Virus record (IMG/VR): IMGVR_UViG_3300045999_010033
Coordinates: 157,096-221,095 of that record
DNA length: 64,000 bases
Reading direction: 5' to 3' (one strand)
Shown here: positions 55,852-64,000 of the stretch, piece by piece
How the letters are laid out: each line of letters opens with the position of its first letter
Position numbering within the stretch: the first letter of the stretch is position 1
The notes under the pieces: model-generated
The model's database searches: none
Told to the model about the DNA's origin: nothing
What the model saw: only the letters and a program-made list of their open reading frames with translations
Made by a program: the position numbers and the translations under genes

Positions 55852-57093
55852 TTACTTACTTAGGTAATTACTCTTTGATAATATTACATCTAATCTATTT
55901 TTTATTGCTTGAAACTGTGGAAAGTTTTGAGGTTGTTTTTTTGAACCACCTGCAGGAGTTAGAAACCACATTTTAGTTACCTCATCAATTAAATCTTGTA
56001 ATATTTTTACAAGTTCACCACCCAAAACCATTTTTTGTACATCGGCACCTGCTGCTCCCTCACCCTTATTTTTACCTAAATAAATCTTACCATTTTCAGA
56101 ATTAAGAAATATTTGATTTGATCCTTTTGTGTGTAAAATTATATTACTTTCGTTATGAATATAAACTTCTTTTTTAGCATCAACCGAAAAATTTGCATCA
56201 GTTACTACACCAGTATTTCCTTTTCCAAAAATAATAAACTCTTTACTTTTTGCGGATAAAATAACTTGGTCGGAATTGATGTATATTTGGTTCCCTTTAA
56301 ATGAATCATCGCTTGGAAAATCCTTAAAAGCAATTCTTTCTTTTGAAACATTCTTATAATCAAATGGAATTTTAACTTTTTCAGAGACAATATAAATTGA
56401 AGAACCATCTTTATTAATATCTTCTTCGATTAATTCTCCTATTTTTTTATTTTCAGAATCGTTACTTTTTTTATTACTGATAAAAATTGATGGTGAAGAT
56501 GTTTTACCATCTTCGGTTAAGAAAAATTCCGAAAATCTAATTGATTGACCGGTCCGGCCAGTTATGATAGTATCTCCTACGTATGGTTTTAGAAATTTTG
56601 GCTTAGTATTTACTTTATAATTTTGTGTGGTTTGTTTTTTTTGATTTGAATTTGCGGTGTTTGTTATTCCTGTCTTTTTTAACCTTCCATAATTTTTTGA
56701 TTTTTCGGGAGAAATTTCATCTACTTCTTTTTCTTCTGTTAATTTTGAAATAGAATATAGTTCTCTAAAATTTGGATAAATAGTTCTTGAATACGGTAAC
56801 CAATAGTGATTGTTTTCTATTTTAAAAATTATAACAGTTTCTCCCTCAATTGGAAACGTCATTTGATTTTTATCAAAAGGATACGCTTTTACATTTTGAC
56901 TAGTAGATTCGTGATAAAACAATATAGCACCAAGTGCACTTGTATCAATATCACCAAATGAATCCGATTCATTGTAAACTATAACATCATCTGCTAATTT
57001 TCCATTTTCTTTTTGTAAAGGAAATTCAGACATGGATTCGCCATACCCCATATAAACAGTAACTACTTTTGCCAAAAAAGAATCTATTCTCAT
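55852..57093 (-). CDS. Baseplate central spike/hub protein (gp5/gpV-like)
   Basis: FPIEGETVII OB-fold-like motif, GDTIITGRTGQSIRF, QIYINSDQVIL, IYLG..MVLGGELV. Confidence 0.65.
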   Translation of the reverse strand: MRIDSFLAKVVTVYMGYGESMSEFPLQKENGKLADDVIVYNESDSFGDIDTSALGAILFYHESTSQNVKAYPFDKNQMTFPIEGETVIIFKIENNHYWLPYSRTIYPNFRELYSISKLTEEKEVDEISPEKSKNYGRLKKTGITNTANSNQKKQTTQNYKVNTKPKFLKPYVGDTIITGRTGQSIRFSEFFLTEDGKTSSPSIFISNKKSNDSENKKIGELIEEDINKDGSSIYIVSEKVKIPFDYKNVSKERIAFKDFPSDDSFKGNQIYINSDQVILSAKSKEFIIFGKGNTGVVTDANFSVDAKKEVYIHNESNIILHTKGSNQIFLNSENGKIYLGKNKGEGAAGADVQKMVLGGELVKILQDLIDEVTKMWFLTPAGGSKKQPQNFPQFQAIKNRLDVILSKSNYLSK

Positions 57094-57105
57094 ATAGAAT
57101 TATAA

Positions 57106-57642
57106 TTAAATTTTTACATAACCCGTACCAGGAATAAAATCTTTTTTATCCCATTTAGCTTTTAGTTGTCTCCAAGTAAATCCAAAATTTTTTTCAAAGT
57201 GAGGAGCATCTTTAAAACGAGTCCAATCACCTCCCCATGTCCATCCATTTGCTTTGAAGATGTTTGTTACTTCCATCCAATCGGATTTTCTATCTCCATC
57301 ATAATCTGCAACCGTATTATATGAACCTTCTTCGTATCTGCCATCACGATTGTTATCAACTAACAATATAATATCAAATGCCAATCCATAATTGTGAATA
57401 GATTGACCGGCGGCTGCTTGCGTTACAACACCCAATCGTTGTCCTTTTTCATCGAACAATTTGGTTCTACCACGTGAATAAATTTCTGCCTGCTCATCAA
57501 ACGTCCTAAGAGTGTAAGCAAAGCGACACATTGCTCTACCGGTCAGAGCAGGAACAATTTGTGCACGATAAATATGTTCTACTTCACTTCTAACTTTTGG
57601 ATGAAGTAGTTTAATTCTTTCTAATGTAAGTTTATCTTCCAT
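57106..57642 (-). CDS. M15-family L-Ala-D-Glu peptidase (endolysin-type)
   Basis: LRTFDEQ, SIHNYGLAFD, WGGDW..FKDAPHFE. Confidence 0.88.
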   Translation of the reverse strand: MEDKLTLERIKLLHPKVRSEVEHIYRAQIVPALTGRAMCRFAYTLRTFDEQAEIYSRGRTKLFDEKGQRLGVVTQAAAGQSIHNYGLAFDIILLVDNNRDGRYEEGSYNTVADYDGDRKSDWMEVTNIFKANGWTWGGDWTRFKDAPHFEKNFGFTWRQLKAKWDKKDFIPGTGYVKI

Positions 57643-57645
57643 AGG

Positions 57646-58050
57646 TTAAAATTTTGATTTTATTTCATCAATTTCTATTTCCAAATCAATTAACTTTTCT
57701 TTACTATCCCTTTCCATTTCGGAAACGGTATGTTCTATTTCGGAAAGTAATTGAGATTTTTCTGCTTCAGATAAATAACCTTCTTGTCCTTTTTGTTTTC
57801 CTGCAGCTGCTGCTAATCTCTGTGCAATGGTTGCTAACTTAATTAGATGATCATCATTCTTTACTGAGACTTCAATAAGGTCTTTTACTATCGGTGCAAT
57901 TACTGCTGCCTCTCCCACGTTTTTAATTAATTTTCGTAAGGATTCGATGAGTTCTGAAATGTTCTTCTTTTTATTTACTTGGTTTGTGTAAATATCTTGA
58001 AAAACATCAGATAGAGTTTTGCCGGGAAACAATTGAAAATCTACTGACAT
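57646..58050 (-). CDS. Hypothetical helical protein (possibly small terminase-like)
   Basis: Helical and acidic C-terminus; own ATATTTAT motif. The TerS idea is speculation. Confidence 0.45.
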   Translation of the reverse strand: MSVDFQLFPGKTLSDVFQDIYTNQVNKKKNISELIESLRKLIKNVGEAAVIAPIVKDLIEVSVKNDDHLIKLATIAQRLAAAAGKQKGQEGYLSEAEKSQLLSEIEHTVSEMERDSKEKLIDLEIEIDEIKSKF

Positions 58051-58135
58051 TTATTTTTATTTTTAATTACGTGTGAAATATATTCTTTATCCTAAATAGG
58101 ATACTCACACAAATAAATATAGTTAATCAATAAAC

Positions 58136-58828
58136 TTACATTTTAATATCACCCGTATCTTGATATTCGTTAAATAACTCCATTTGTTTCTGTCGCATTT
58201 TGTTTACCACTTTTGTAATATAATGAGTGGGGCAACCGGTCATTTCTCTAACTAAAAGATATAGACTTTTCTTATTGAAATTTTCTATGTATTCGGCACG
58301 ACGGAACAATTCCAATACTGAATCTGCAATTTGAATATCACGTTTTTTCTGAAAATATGTTTCTAAATTCTTATCCCAATAAGCTAGCATTAACCTATTA
58401 AATACCTTATATTCGGAATCTTTAACCTCATCGTGAAAATTATTTTCTACATCCCATTGTTCGGGCATTTTGGAGATTATATCGGTATCTTTGTACCTTT
58501 TGTAATTAGAATTGTTATTCAATATAAGGTAGTTTCTCGCTACAATTGTAAAGTAACTATACGCCTTTCCTTTATTAGGGTCATTGTACATATGGATTTT
58601 CTCTACCATAAACGCAACAACCTGCGACATAACATCTTCCGGCTCATCATCGAAATATGTAAACTTCCATTTATTGTAAACAATTTCGGCAAGCTTTTCA
58701 AATGATTGCTGGATTCTTTCTTTGTAGATTCTATCTCTAATTTCTTTTTCTGAAGCCGTATTATATTCCAATATGGCGTTCTCCGTGTCTTTTGTGAAGT
58801 ATTCTCTTACTACTTTTTTTCTTGGCAT
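58136..58828 (-). CDS. Phage sigma factor-like protein (gp55-like late sigma)
   Basis: YFTKD..AILEYN, KLAE, YNDPNKGKAYSYFTIVARNYL resembles sigma region 2 of gp55 homologues. Confidence 0.65.
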   Translation of the reverse strand: MPRKKVVREYFTKDTENAILEYNTASEKEIRDRIYKERIQQSFEKLAEIVYNKWKFTYFDDEPEDVMSQVVAFMVEKIHMYNDPNKGKAYSYFTIVARNYLILNNNSNYKRYKDTDIISKMPEQWDVENNFHDEVKDSEYKVFNRLMLAYWDKNLETYFQKKRDIQIADSVLELFRRAEYIENFNKKSLYLLVREMTGCPTHYITKVVNKMRQKQMELFNEYQDTGDIKM

Positions 58829-58830
58829 AT

Positions 58831-59094
58831 TTATTCGAAGTTTTTGTAATCTTCTATTAACTCCTTTATGCCTTGAAAGGTTGATCCAACGTCATCATCT
58901 TTTTCAAAGATTTGACGAGAATCAATCTCTCTCATTTTCTCCAGCAGTTGCTCATATGCCAAAGCCTTCTTAGAAAGAAATTCATCGTATGATTCGAATA
59001 TATCTTCGTATACTTCTAATTTAGAAAATAGATTCCAAATCAAATACAATGAGGCAATAAGGAATATAGAAAGTATAAAAATTATTATTTCCAT
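58831..59094 (-). CDS. Small membrane-anchored hypothetical protein
   Basis: N-terminal TM helix; FEKDDDVG. Confidence 0.55.
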   Translation of the reverse strand: MEIIIFILSIFLIASLYLIWNLFSKLEVYEDIFESYDEFLSKKALAYEQLLEKMREIDSRQIFEKDDDVGSTFQGIKELIEDYKNFE

Positions 59095-59095
59095 T

Positions 59096-59725
59096 TTAAA
59101 CTATTTCATATCCTTTTAAATAAAACTCATTTGCTTTTTTATGTTTTACTTCAATCAAATCTCCATCGGGAGATTTCATAATGATAATATCATTTCTTCC
59201 ATAATTAATTTTTTTAGTAACCTGAGTAGTATACACACGTTCTTTTATAGTTATTCCATCCAAATGGTCTATCTCATGTTGCACAACTACAGTTTGTAGT
59301 GTTTCGATTGAAACCGAATCTTTATCACCATCGGGATTAATAGAAAATTGCATTTCACCGAAATTATCAGTCATTACCGTAACAGAGTTAGAACGAAGTG
59401 TTCTTATTGGTTTGTTTATTGTTTTAGGAATAGATAAACACCCTTCATAAAATATGAATCCCTCTTCATCACGTTTTACGATGTATGGATTTAATAAAAA
59501 TAGTGAAGTATCTCTAACACGTATTAGGCATGCACGTTTTTGAATACCTAACTGATTTGCAGATATACCCACTCCACCATATTCATCAATGGCGCTAGAA
59601 AGAATGGATTCCAATTCATCTGCGGACTCTTTTGTAAATTCAGTACGTGGTACTGATGTTTTTAAATTTTTATCAAATTCGGGATTTGATAATCCATTTG
59701 CTTTTTTGTCTACAATTAATTTCAT
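59096..59725 (-). CDS. def: Peptide deformylase
   Basis: GVGISANQLG, EGCLS, QHEIDHLDG. Confidence 0.92.
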   Translation of the reverse strand: MKLIVDKKANGLSNPEFDKNLKTSVPRTEFTKESADELESILSSAIDEYGGVGISANQLGIQKRACLIRVRDTSLFLLNPYIVKRDEEGFIFYEGCLSIPKTINKPIRTLRSNSVTVMTDNFGEMQFSINPDGDKDSVSIETLQTVVVQHEIDHLDGITIKERVYTTQVTKKINYGRNDIIIMKSPDGDLIEVKHKKANEFYLKGYEIV

Positions 59726-60621
59726 ATAACTTTGTTTATAAATGGTAAAATAGCTAACTCTTTTGCTTTCGCTTCAACCATAATATCTACATCCAATTCG
59801 TATGTATTGGGGAGTGAATTAATATAATTAGAGTGAGCTTGTGGTTTTTCTTTGATGTTGTTTTCGTGCAATGCTTTCGATTCGGAATAATGCACAACTG
59901 GCGTTATGCCTTTTGGCCAAGTGGTAGCTGCTGCTTTCAGTGCTTCTTCTTCCGTCCAATCACTTGTACAAAATTGATGGTGATGATAATCGAACACAAT
60001 CGGAATACCGATTTTATTGTGTACGTATAGTAAATCTTTTACAGAATACATAGATGCCTTATCATCATTCTCAACGGTAAGCCGAGAACGAACCGATTCC
60101 GATAATCTATCAAAATTGGTACAGAATCTATCCATTGCCTCTTTCTTGTTGCCATAAACGCCGTTACAGTGTATGTTTATCTTATTGTAAGGAGAACGTT
60201 CTAGCCCCATTAGGTCGAATATTTTAGCGTGTAGTTCCAAATCTGCGATTGCATTGCGGACTACACTTTCTTTAGGGGATGTAAGAACTACAAATGGACC
60301 AGGATGCGATGTAATACGAACACCCATCAATTGGGCGTAATCACCTGCCTTTCTGAGCTCGGTTGCAATTTGTTTGTAATCCTTTAAGGCAGTAATATCA
60401 ATATGGTCACCCCAAGGAATGATGGCAGATGATAGTCTGAAAAAGTAAATATCGTTTGCTACGTTCCATTCCAATATTTTGATAATATCACTTGCGTTTT
60501 TAAGTGCAAGTTCTGACACGTAATCCAATCCTTTACTATCAAGAGTTTTTTTAACCATACTTCGATTTGTGGTAATCTTTTTACCCAATGATAAGTTTAT
60601 ACAAGCGTAACCTAAATTCAT
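59722..60621 (-). CDS. uvsE: UV DNA damage endonuclease
   Basis: LGYACIN, FFRLSS, HPGPFVVL, INIH, LTVENDD, VFDYHHH, HYSES, AHS, MVEAKAKE. Confidence 0.92.
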   Translation of the reverse strand: MNLGYACINLSLGKKITTNRSMVKKTLDSKGLDYVSELALKNASDIIKILEWNVANDIYFFRLSSAIIPWGDHIDITALKDYKQIATELRKAGDYAQLMGVRITSHPGPFVVLTSPKESVVRNAIADLELHAKIFDLMGLERSPYNKINIHCNGVYGNKKEAMDRFCTNFDRLSESVRSRLTVENDDKASMYSVKDLLYVHNKIGIPIVFDYHHHQFCTSDWTEEEALKAAATTWPKGITPVVHYSESKALHENNIKEKPQAHSNYINSLPNTYELDVDIMVEAKAKELAILPFINKVI

Positions 60622-60637
60622 AATATTAATTATTACC

Positions 60638-60669
60638 TAAATATAACAAAATTTTATCAAAAAACCAAA
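60638..60669 (-). promoter_or_regulatory. Bacteroidota-type promoter (TTTG-N20-TATATTTA) for the uvsE-def-sigma block
   Basis: One mismatch to TAnnTTTG, correct spacer. Confidence 0.55.
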
Positions 60670-60671
60670 TA

Positions 60672-61754
60672 TTAATAATTACCGAGGCCCTTATTGTTCA
60701 TCCAATGGTTGACTGCCTTTTGGTCATTCTGCCAAAGATGTTTTTTATCCCACGGAAACTCAGGATTTGTGTAGTATGGTTGCCCATTGTAAGCATTTAA
60801 CCAATCTTGCTCAGGTTTTTCGTTTTTTTCACTTTCTACCACGTTTTTATACTCATCTGCCGCAGTTTTTAGTGCATCATTCGGAATTGGGGGATTTTCT
60901 AATGTTTCTTCAAGTATTTTTGAATCTTTTTCGGATAAATTTATGATATTATCGTCTTTATCATCACCATAAACCTTAAATACTCTAATTCCATCGTTTG
61001 GAGTTGATTTTTTTTCGGAATTTTGTCTAATTAAGTTATTAAACGCGATGACCAGAGCAATTGCCAATGGGTCAAACACAAAAACTATCAAAAATATGAA
61101 AAATTTTACAACCGAGTTCAAATCTACTCCAAATGCTTCGGCAACAAAACGAAATCCACCCACTTCTCGCTCAATATCTATGTTTGCATTCTTAATTTTG
61201 TTAATAGTATCGTTATATTGTACGATTTCACTTTGCAAAACATCAATTTTTTCAGAAGTTTCGGTGATTTGTCTATCTCTATTATCAACTGAGCGTAAAA
61301 GTCTACTATTCGCGCGATTACCTTGTTGTAAATCAATTATTTTACCCTGATTTTGCTGGAAATTATTTAATTGTGTGTTAAAAATTTCTATTTGTTCTTT
61401 GTTCGTGTTGATTTTTTGCTCCCAAATGGATATTTCACGTTCAACTTGTTGAATTTTTAGGTTTTGCTGTTGAAACGCGTTAGAAAGATATCCAAAAATA
61501 CCCGCTGAAGTTATTATCATTAAGATAACTACGGCCAAAACCAAATAAATTTTTAATACTTTACCAATTGAATCCCAAGATTGTTTTAAATATGACGCTG
61601 CTACCAATTTTGAAAACTCTAACGCAGATGCCATTACCATTACGGCGATTGATGCACCACTGAATAGTATTCCCAAACCGGTTACTGAAAAATATGCAGC
61701 GCAACCAGCTACCACAAAGGCAGCTAACGCCACTAAAAATTTAAGCCAATTCAT
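60672..61754 (-). CDS. Multi-pass membrane protein with coiled coil
   Basis: AAYFSVTGL, LEFSKLV, ITSAGIFGYLS, IVFVFDPLAIAL. Confidence 0.7.
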   Translation of the reverse strand: MNWLKFLVALAAFVVAGCAAYFSVTGLGILFSGASIAVMVMASALEFSKLVAASYLKQSWDSIGKVLKIYLVLAVVILMIITSAGIFGYLSNAFQQQNLKIQQVEREISIWEQKINTNKEQIEIFNTQLNNFQQNQGKIIDLQQGNRANSRLLRSVDNRDRQITETSEKIDVLQSEIVQYNDTINKIKNANIDIEREVGGFRFVAEAFGVDLNSVVKFFIFLIVFVFDPLAIALVIAFNNLIRQNSEKKSTPNDGIRVFKVYGDDKDDNIINLSEKDSKILEETLENPPIPNDALKTAADEYKNVVESEKNEKPEQDWLNAYNGQPYYTNPEFPWDKKHLWQNDQKAVNHWMNNKGLGNY

Positions 61755-61755
61755 T

Positions 61756-61932
61756 TTATCTTTCTATGGATATGAGTTCACTAATTTTTTCTCTGATTCT
61801 TTTACAATCTTCGATAACAAATATAAGGTCATTCGTATCCAATCGCATGCGACCATTCGCCACATTTTCAATTATAGACATTTTAGATTCGAGAGATTCT
61901 AAAAGAGATTCTATTTTATCTTTATAATTCAT
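61756..61932 (-). CDS. Hypothetical protein
   Basis: Likely start MNYKDKIE at 61932, 18 nt after an ATATTTATA motif. Confidence 0.5.
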   Translation of the reverse strand: MNYKDKIESLLESLESKMSIIENVANGRMRLDTNDLIFVIEDCKRIREKISELISIER

Positions 61933-61965
61933 TTGTTTAAAGTTTATAAGTATAAATATCCCCAT

Positions 61966-62003
61966 AAAACAAAAATGGGTGAAGTTTTTCTGACTTCACC
62001 CAT
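61966..62003 (-). terminator. Intrinsic terminator after hsp20
   Basis: Sense ATGGGTGAAGT-CAGAAAA-ACTTCACCCAT followed by TTTTGTTTT. Confidence 0.8.
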
Positions 62004-62025
62004 TAATATAACACTTTTTTGTGAA

Positions 62026-62418
62026 TTAATCAACTTTAATTTCCACACTTTTTGGTTTTGCTTCCTCTTTTTTAGGAATGGTAAGATAGAGAACACCATT
62101 TAAAATCTTTGCTTCGGCTTTTTCTCCATCAAATTTTTTACCTACGGCAATCTTTTCATTAACTTTTGAAATTAATTGCTTTTGGATAGATGTCATTTCC
62201 TTTTCTGCCGATTTTACTACAATAGAATCTTCGTGTAATTCAATTGTAATATCATCTTTAGAGTGTCCTAATACTGATAAAGCAATCTGTGCTTTATCAT
62301 CTAATACTTCAATTGCCAATTTGGAATTTTCGTATTGATATTCAGTTGTAGTAAATATCGTATCGTTAAAAAACGAATCAAAAATCCTATCAAGTGCATC
62401 GTATTTTTTGTAATACAT
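62026..62418 (-). CDS. Small heat-shock protein (Hsp20/alpha-crystallin)
   Basis: LGHSKDDITIEL, AEAKILNGVLYLTIPKKE. Confidence 0.85.
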   Translation of the reverse strand: MYYKKYDALDRIFDSFFNDTIFTTTEYQYENSKLAIEVLDDKAQIALSVLGHSKDDITIELHEDSIVVKSAEKEMTSIQKQLISKVNEKIAVGKKFDGEKAEAKILNGVLYLTIPKKEEAKPKSVEIKVD

Positions 62419-62532
62419 AGTAATTAAGTTTTTAAGGTTATTTAATGCCTATTATAATTCAATTACTATACCAAATAAAAAAGTATGACAATACGTCATA
62501 CTTTTTAAGTTTTACCTGAAATAATTTCTGAA

Positions 62533-62811
62533 TTACTTCTCGTGAAGAGCATCAATTTTAGTAGCTACCTCTGGGTCTTTGTTTGTTAATTGTGCCAATA
62601 TAAGAGCAACTACTGATCCAACCATTACATTTGCATTACCGACGGTTGCAACCCACTCTGGTAATTGTACTGATGTTGTTTGTAGATAAGAAATAATTGC
62701 AGAAACACCACCAGTTACGATGGACAACCATTGGATGGTTACGAAGAACTTAGGTTTTGAAGAAAAAGTTCTCAAAACTAATTCAGAAATAAAAAGTGAA
62801 AGTGCGTTCAT
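62533..62811 (-). CDS. Holin-like two-TM protein
   Basis: Two hydrophobic helices, charged C-terminus, next to NlpC/P60; likely start MNALS at 62811. Confidence 0.5.
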   Translation of the reverse strand: MNALSLFISELVLRTFSSKPKFFVTIQWLSIVTGGVSAIISYLQTTSVQLPEWVATVGNANVMVGSVVALILAQLTNKDPEVATKIDALHEK

Positions 62812-62849
62812 AGTTAAAAGTTTTTGTTTCAATAATAAATATCAGAAAA

Positions 62850-63296
62850 TCACATAACACGTTTGAAACCTCTTATTTTTTTAGAATATTTTTCTTCACT
62901 TAAATTGTTTACATAAACACCATTCGATGTTCCCGAATGTAGAAACCATCCATCTATTAGGTAAACACCAACGTGCCAACCCGATGGACCTGAACTTCTA
63001 AAGAATACTAAATCTCCAGTATTTACTTCTTCTTTTGTAATCGTTTTACCTACTTTATATTGTTGAGATGCTACTCTTGGTATATTAACATCGTATACCT
63101 TTTTGTACAAAGATTGTGTAAATGCTGAACAATCTATTCCGCGCTTACTACTACCACCATACCGATATGGTGTGCGCCACCATTCGTTTATAAATTTATA
63201 TAATGATTTAGTTTCTTCGTTTAAGAGAGAATCGGGTATTTGAGCTTTTACCGATATGGATAAAAATAATAAGATTCCTAAAAATAATGTTTTCAT
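62850..63296 (-). CDS. NlpC/P60 (C40) peptidoglycan endopeptidase with signal peptide
   Basis: PYRYGG..GIDCSAF, PRVASQQ, GDLVFF, HVGVY, FLH; AQ signal cleavage site. Confidence 0.9.
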   Translation of the reverse strand: MKTLFLGILLFLSISVKAQIPDSLLNEETKSLYKFINEWWRTPYRYGGSSKRGIDCSAFTQSLYKKVYDVNIPRVASQQYKVGKTITKEEVNTGDLVFFRSSGPSGWHVGVYLIDGWFLHSGTSNGVYVNNLSEEKYSKKIRGFKRVM

Positions 63297-63337
63297 CTTA
63301 AAAATTTTATGGTTAACAATAAACCAATAAAACTTTA

Positions 63338-63802
63338 CTATTGTTTTCTAAACAAACCCTCTAAAGATGAAACCTTATTTCCGTTATTATCATTTAACTG
63401 CCTTTCGTAATACAATTGTTTGAGAGTTTGTAAATCTCGCGAGTTTTGATTAACAAGTCTATTATTTTGATAAGTTGCGTTTTGCAAAATATCAATTTTC
63501 TGATTTAATAGTCTTATAGAATCAAGTGTAGAGCCCGTAAAATTATATTGATTTTCTATAATGACATCAACCTTTTCATGTAAAAGGTTTTGTCCAGTTT
63601 TTACACTATCTATTTTTTGGTCAATCGTAGAAACGTTTGTTCTTATTGTACTTACATCGGTAAGCCCTTTTACGAAATTAGGAAATAGCAGGTAAACCAT
63701 CCCCAAAGTGATAAGTAATGTCGTAGTATATAGGATAATGGTATCCATAAACTCCTTCTTACTCATTTTAATAAAATCAAAATTAAAAGATTTCCAATTC
63801 AT
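63338..63802 (-). CDS. Membrane-anchored coiled-coil hypothetical protein
   Basis: TM helix at about aa 22-40 followed by heptads. Confidence 0.55.
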   Translation of the reverse strand: MNWKSFNFDFIKMSKKEFMDTIILYTTTLLITLGMVYLLFPNFVKGLTDVSTIRTNVSTIDQKIDSVKTGQNLLHEKVDVIIENQYNFTGSTLDSIRLLNQKIDILQNATYQNNRLVNQNSRDLQTLKQLYYERQLNDNNGNKVSSLEGLFRKQ

Positions 63803-63835
63803 AGAAGTGCGCGTTTTATATAAGTATTTAATTCT

Positions 63836-64000
63836 TTAAGAATTTTTCCATTGAGAATTTTCTTGTCTGCAAGACATGTGATCTGCCCAATGAATAATGT
63901 ATGGCAATTCGGTTTTCAATCTAAAATCTTCGTTGTATACTATAAAATATTTTTCATTTGCTTTATTATAAAGTCCATCTGCCAAAAAGATTCCGAGCAT
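63836..64000 (-). CDS. 3' end of a probable HD-domain hydrolase (partial)
   Basis: Reads ..LGIFLADGLYNKANEKYF..LPYIIHWADHMSCRQE..* into the window. Confidence 0.45.
   Translation of the reverse strand: MLGIFLADGLYNKANEKYFIVYNEDFRLKTELPYIIHWADHMSCRQENSQWKNS

Noticed and set aside
1-64000. Stop-codon recoding, introns/inteins, tRNAs, diversity-generating retroelement
   Set aside because: Core genes are full length in the standard code with ordinary sizes. No cloverleaf, homing endonuclease or reverse transcriptase was recognised by eye (not excluded by computation).

Overview
This window is 64 kb of an AT-rich, large T4-like (myovirus, probably jumbo) phage genome. Essentially all genes are on the minus strand and read in the standard code. 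It holds the morphogenesis region: a >2,270-codon tail-fibre gene running off the left edge (absent from the ORF track), neck/terminator proteins, major capsid, scaffold, prohead protease, portal, terminase and baseplate genes. It also holds an embedded replication/recombination block (fused SbcD-SbcC, primase, T7-endo-I-like resolvase), a gp55-like sigma factor, lysis/peptidoglycan enzymes and auxiliary genes (ferritin, peptide deformylase, UvsE, Hsp20). TTTG-N19/20-TAnnTTT(G/A) promoters and A-rich, SD-less starts point to a Bacteroidota host (inference). The most interesting signal is a candidate capsid-cargo system around the protease/portal/terminase genes. About ten small proteins share an N-terminal MI(R/K)LxD(I/L)LxE-type leader. 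Several are bead-on-string polyproteins cut into modules by hydrophobic-X-Glu sites matching gp21-type protease specificity, including a 1,431-aa nucleotidyltransferase/peptidase/ligase-like fusion. One cargo module has no start codon and is reachable only by slippage at an A10 run. A recurrent ATATTTAT(A) motif, the reverse complement of the T4 late promoter, precedes 15 gene starts. All product calls come from motifs recognised by eye; no searches were run.
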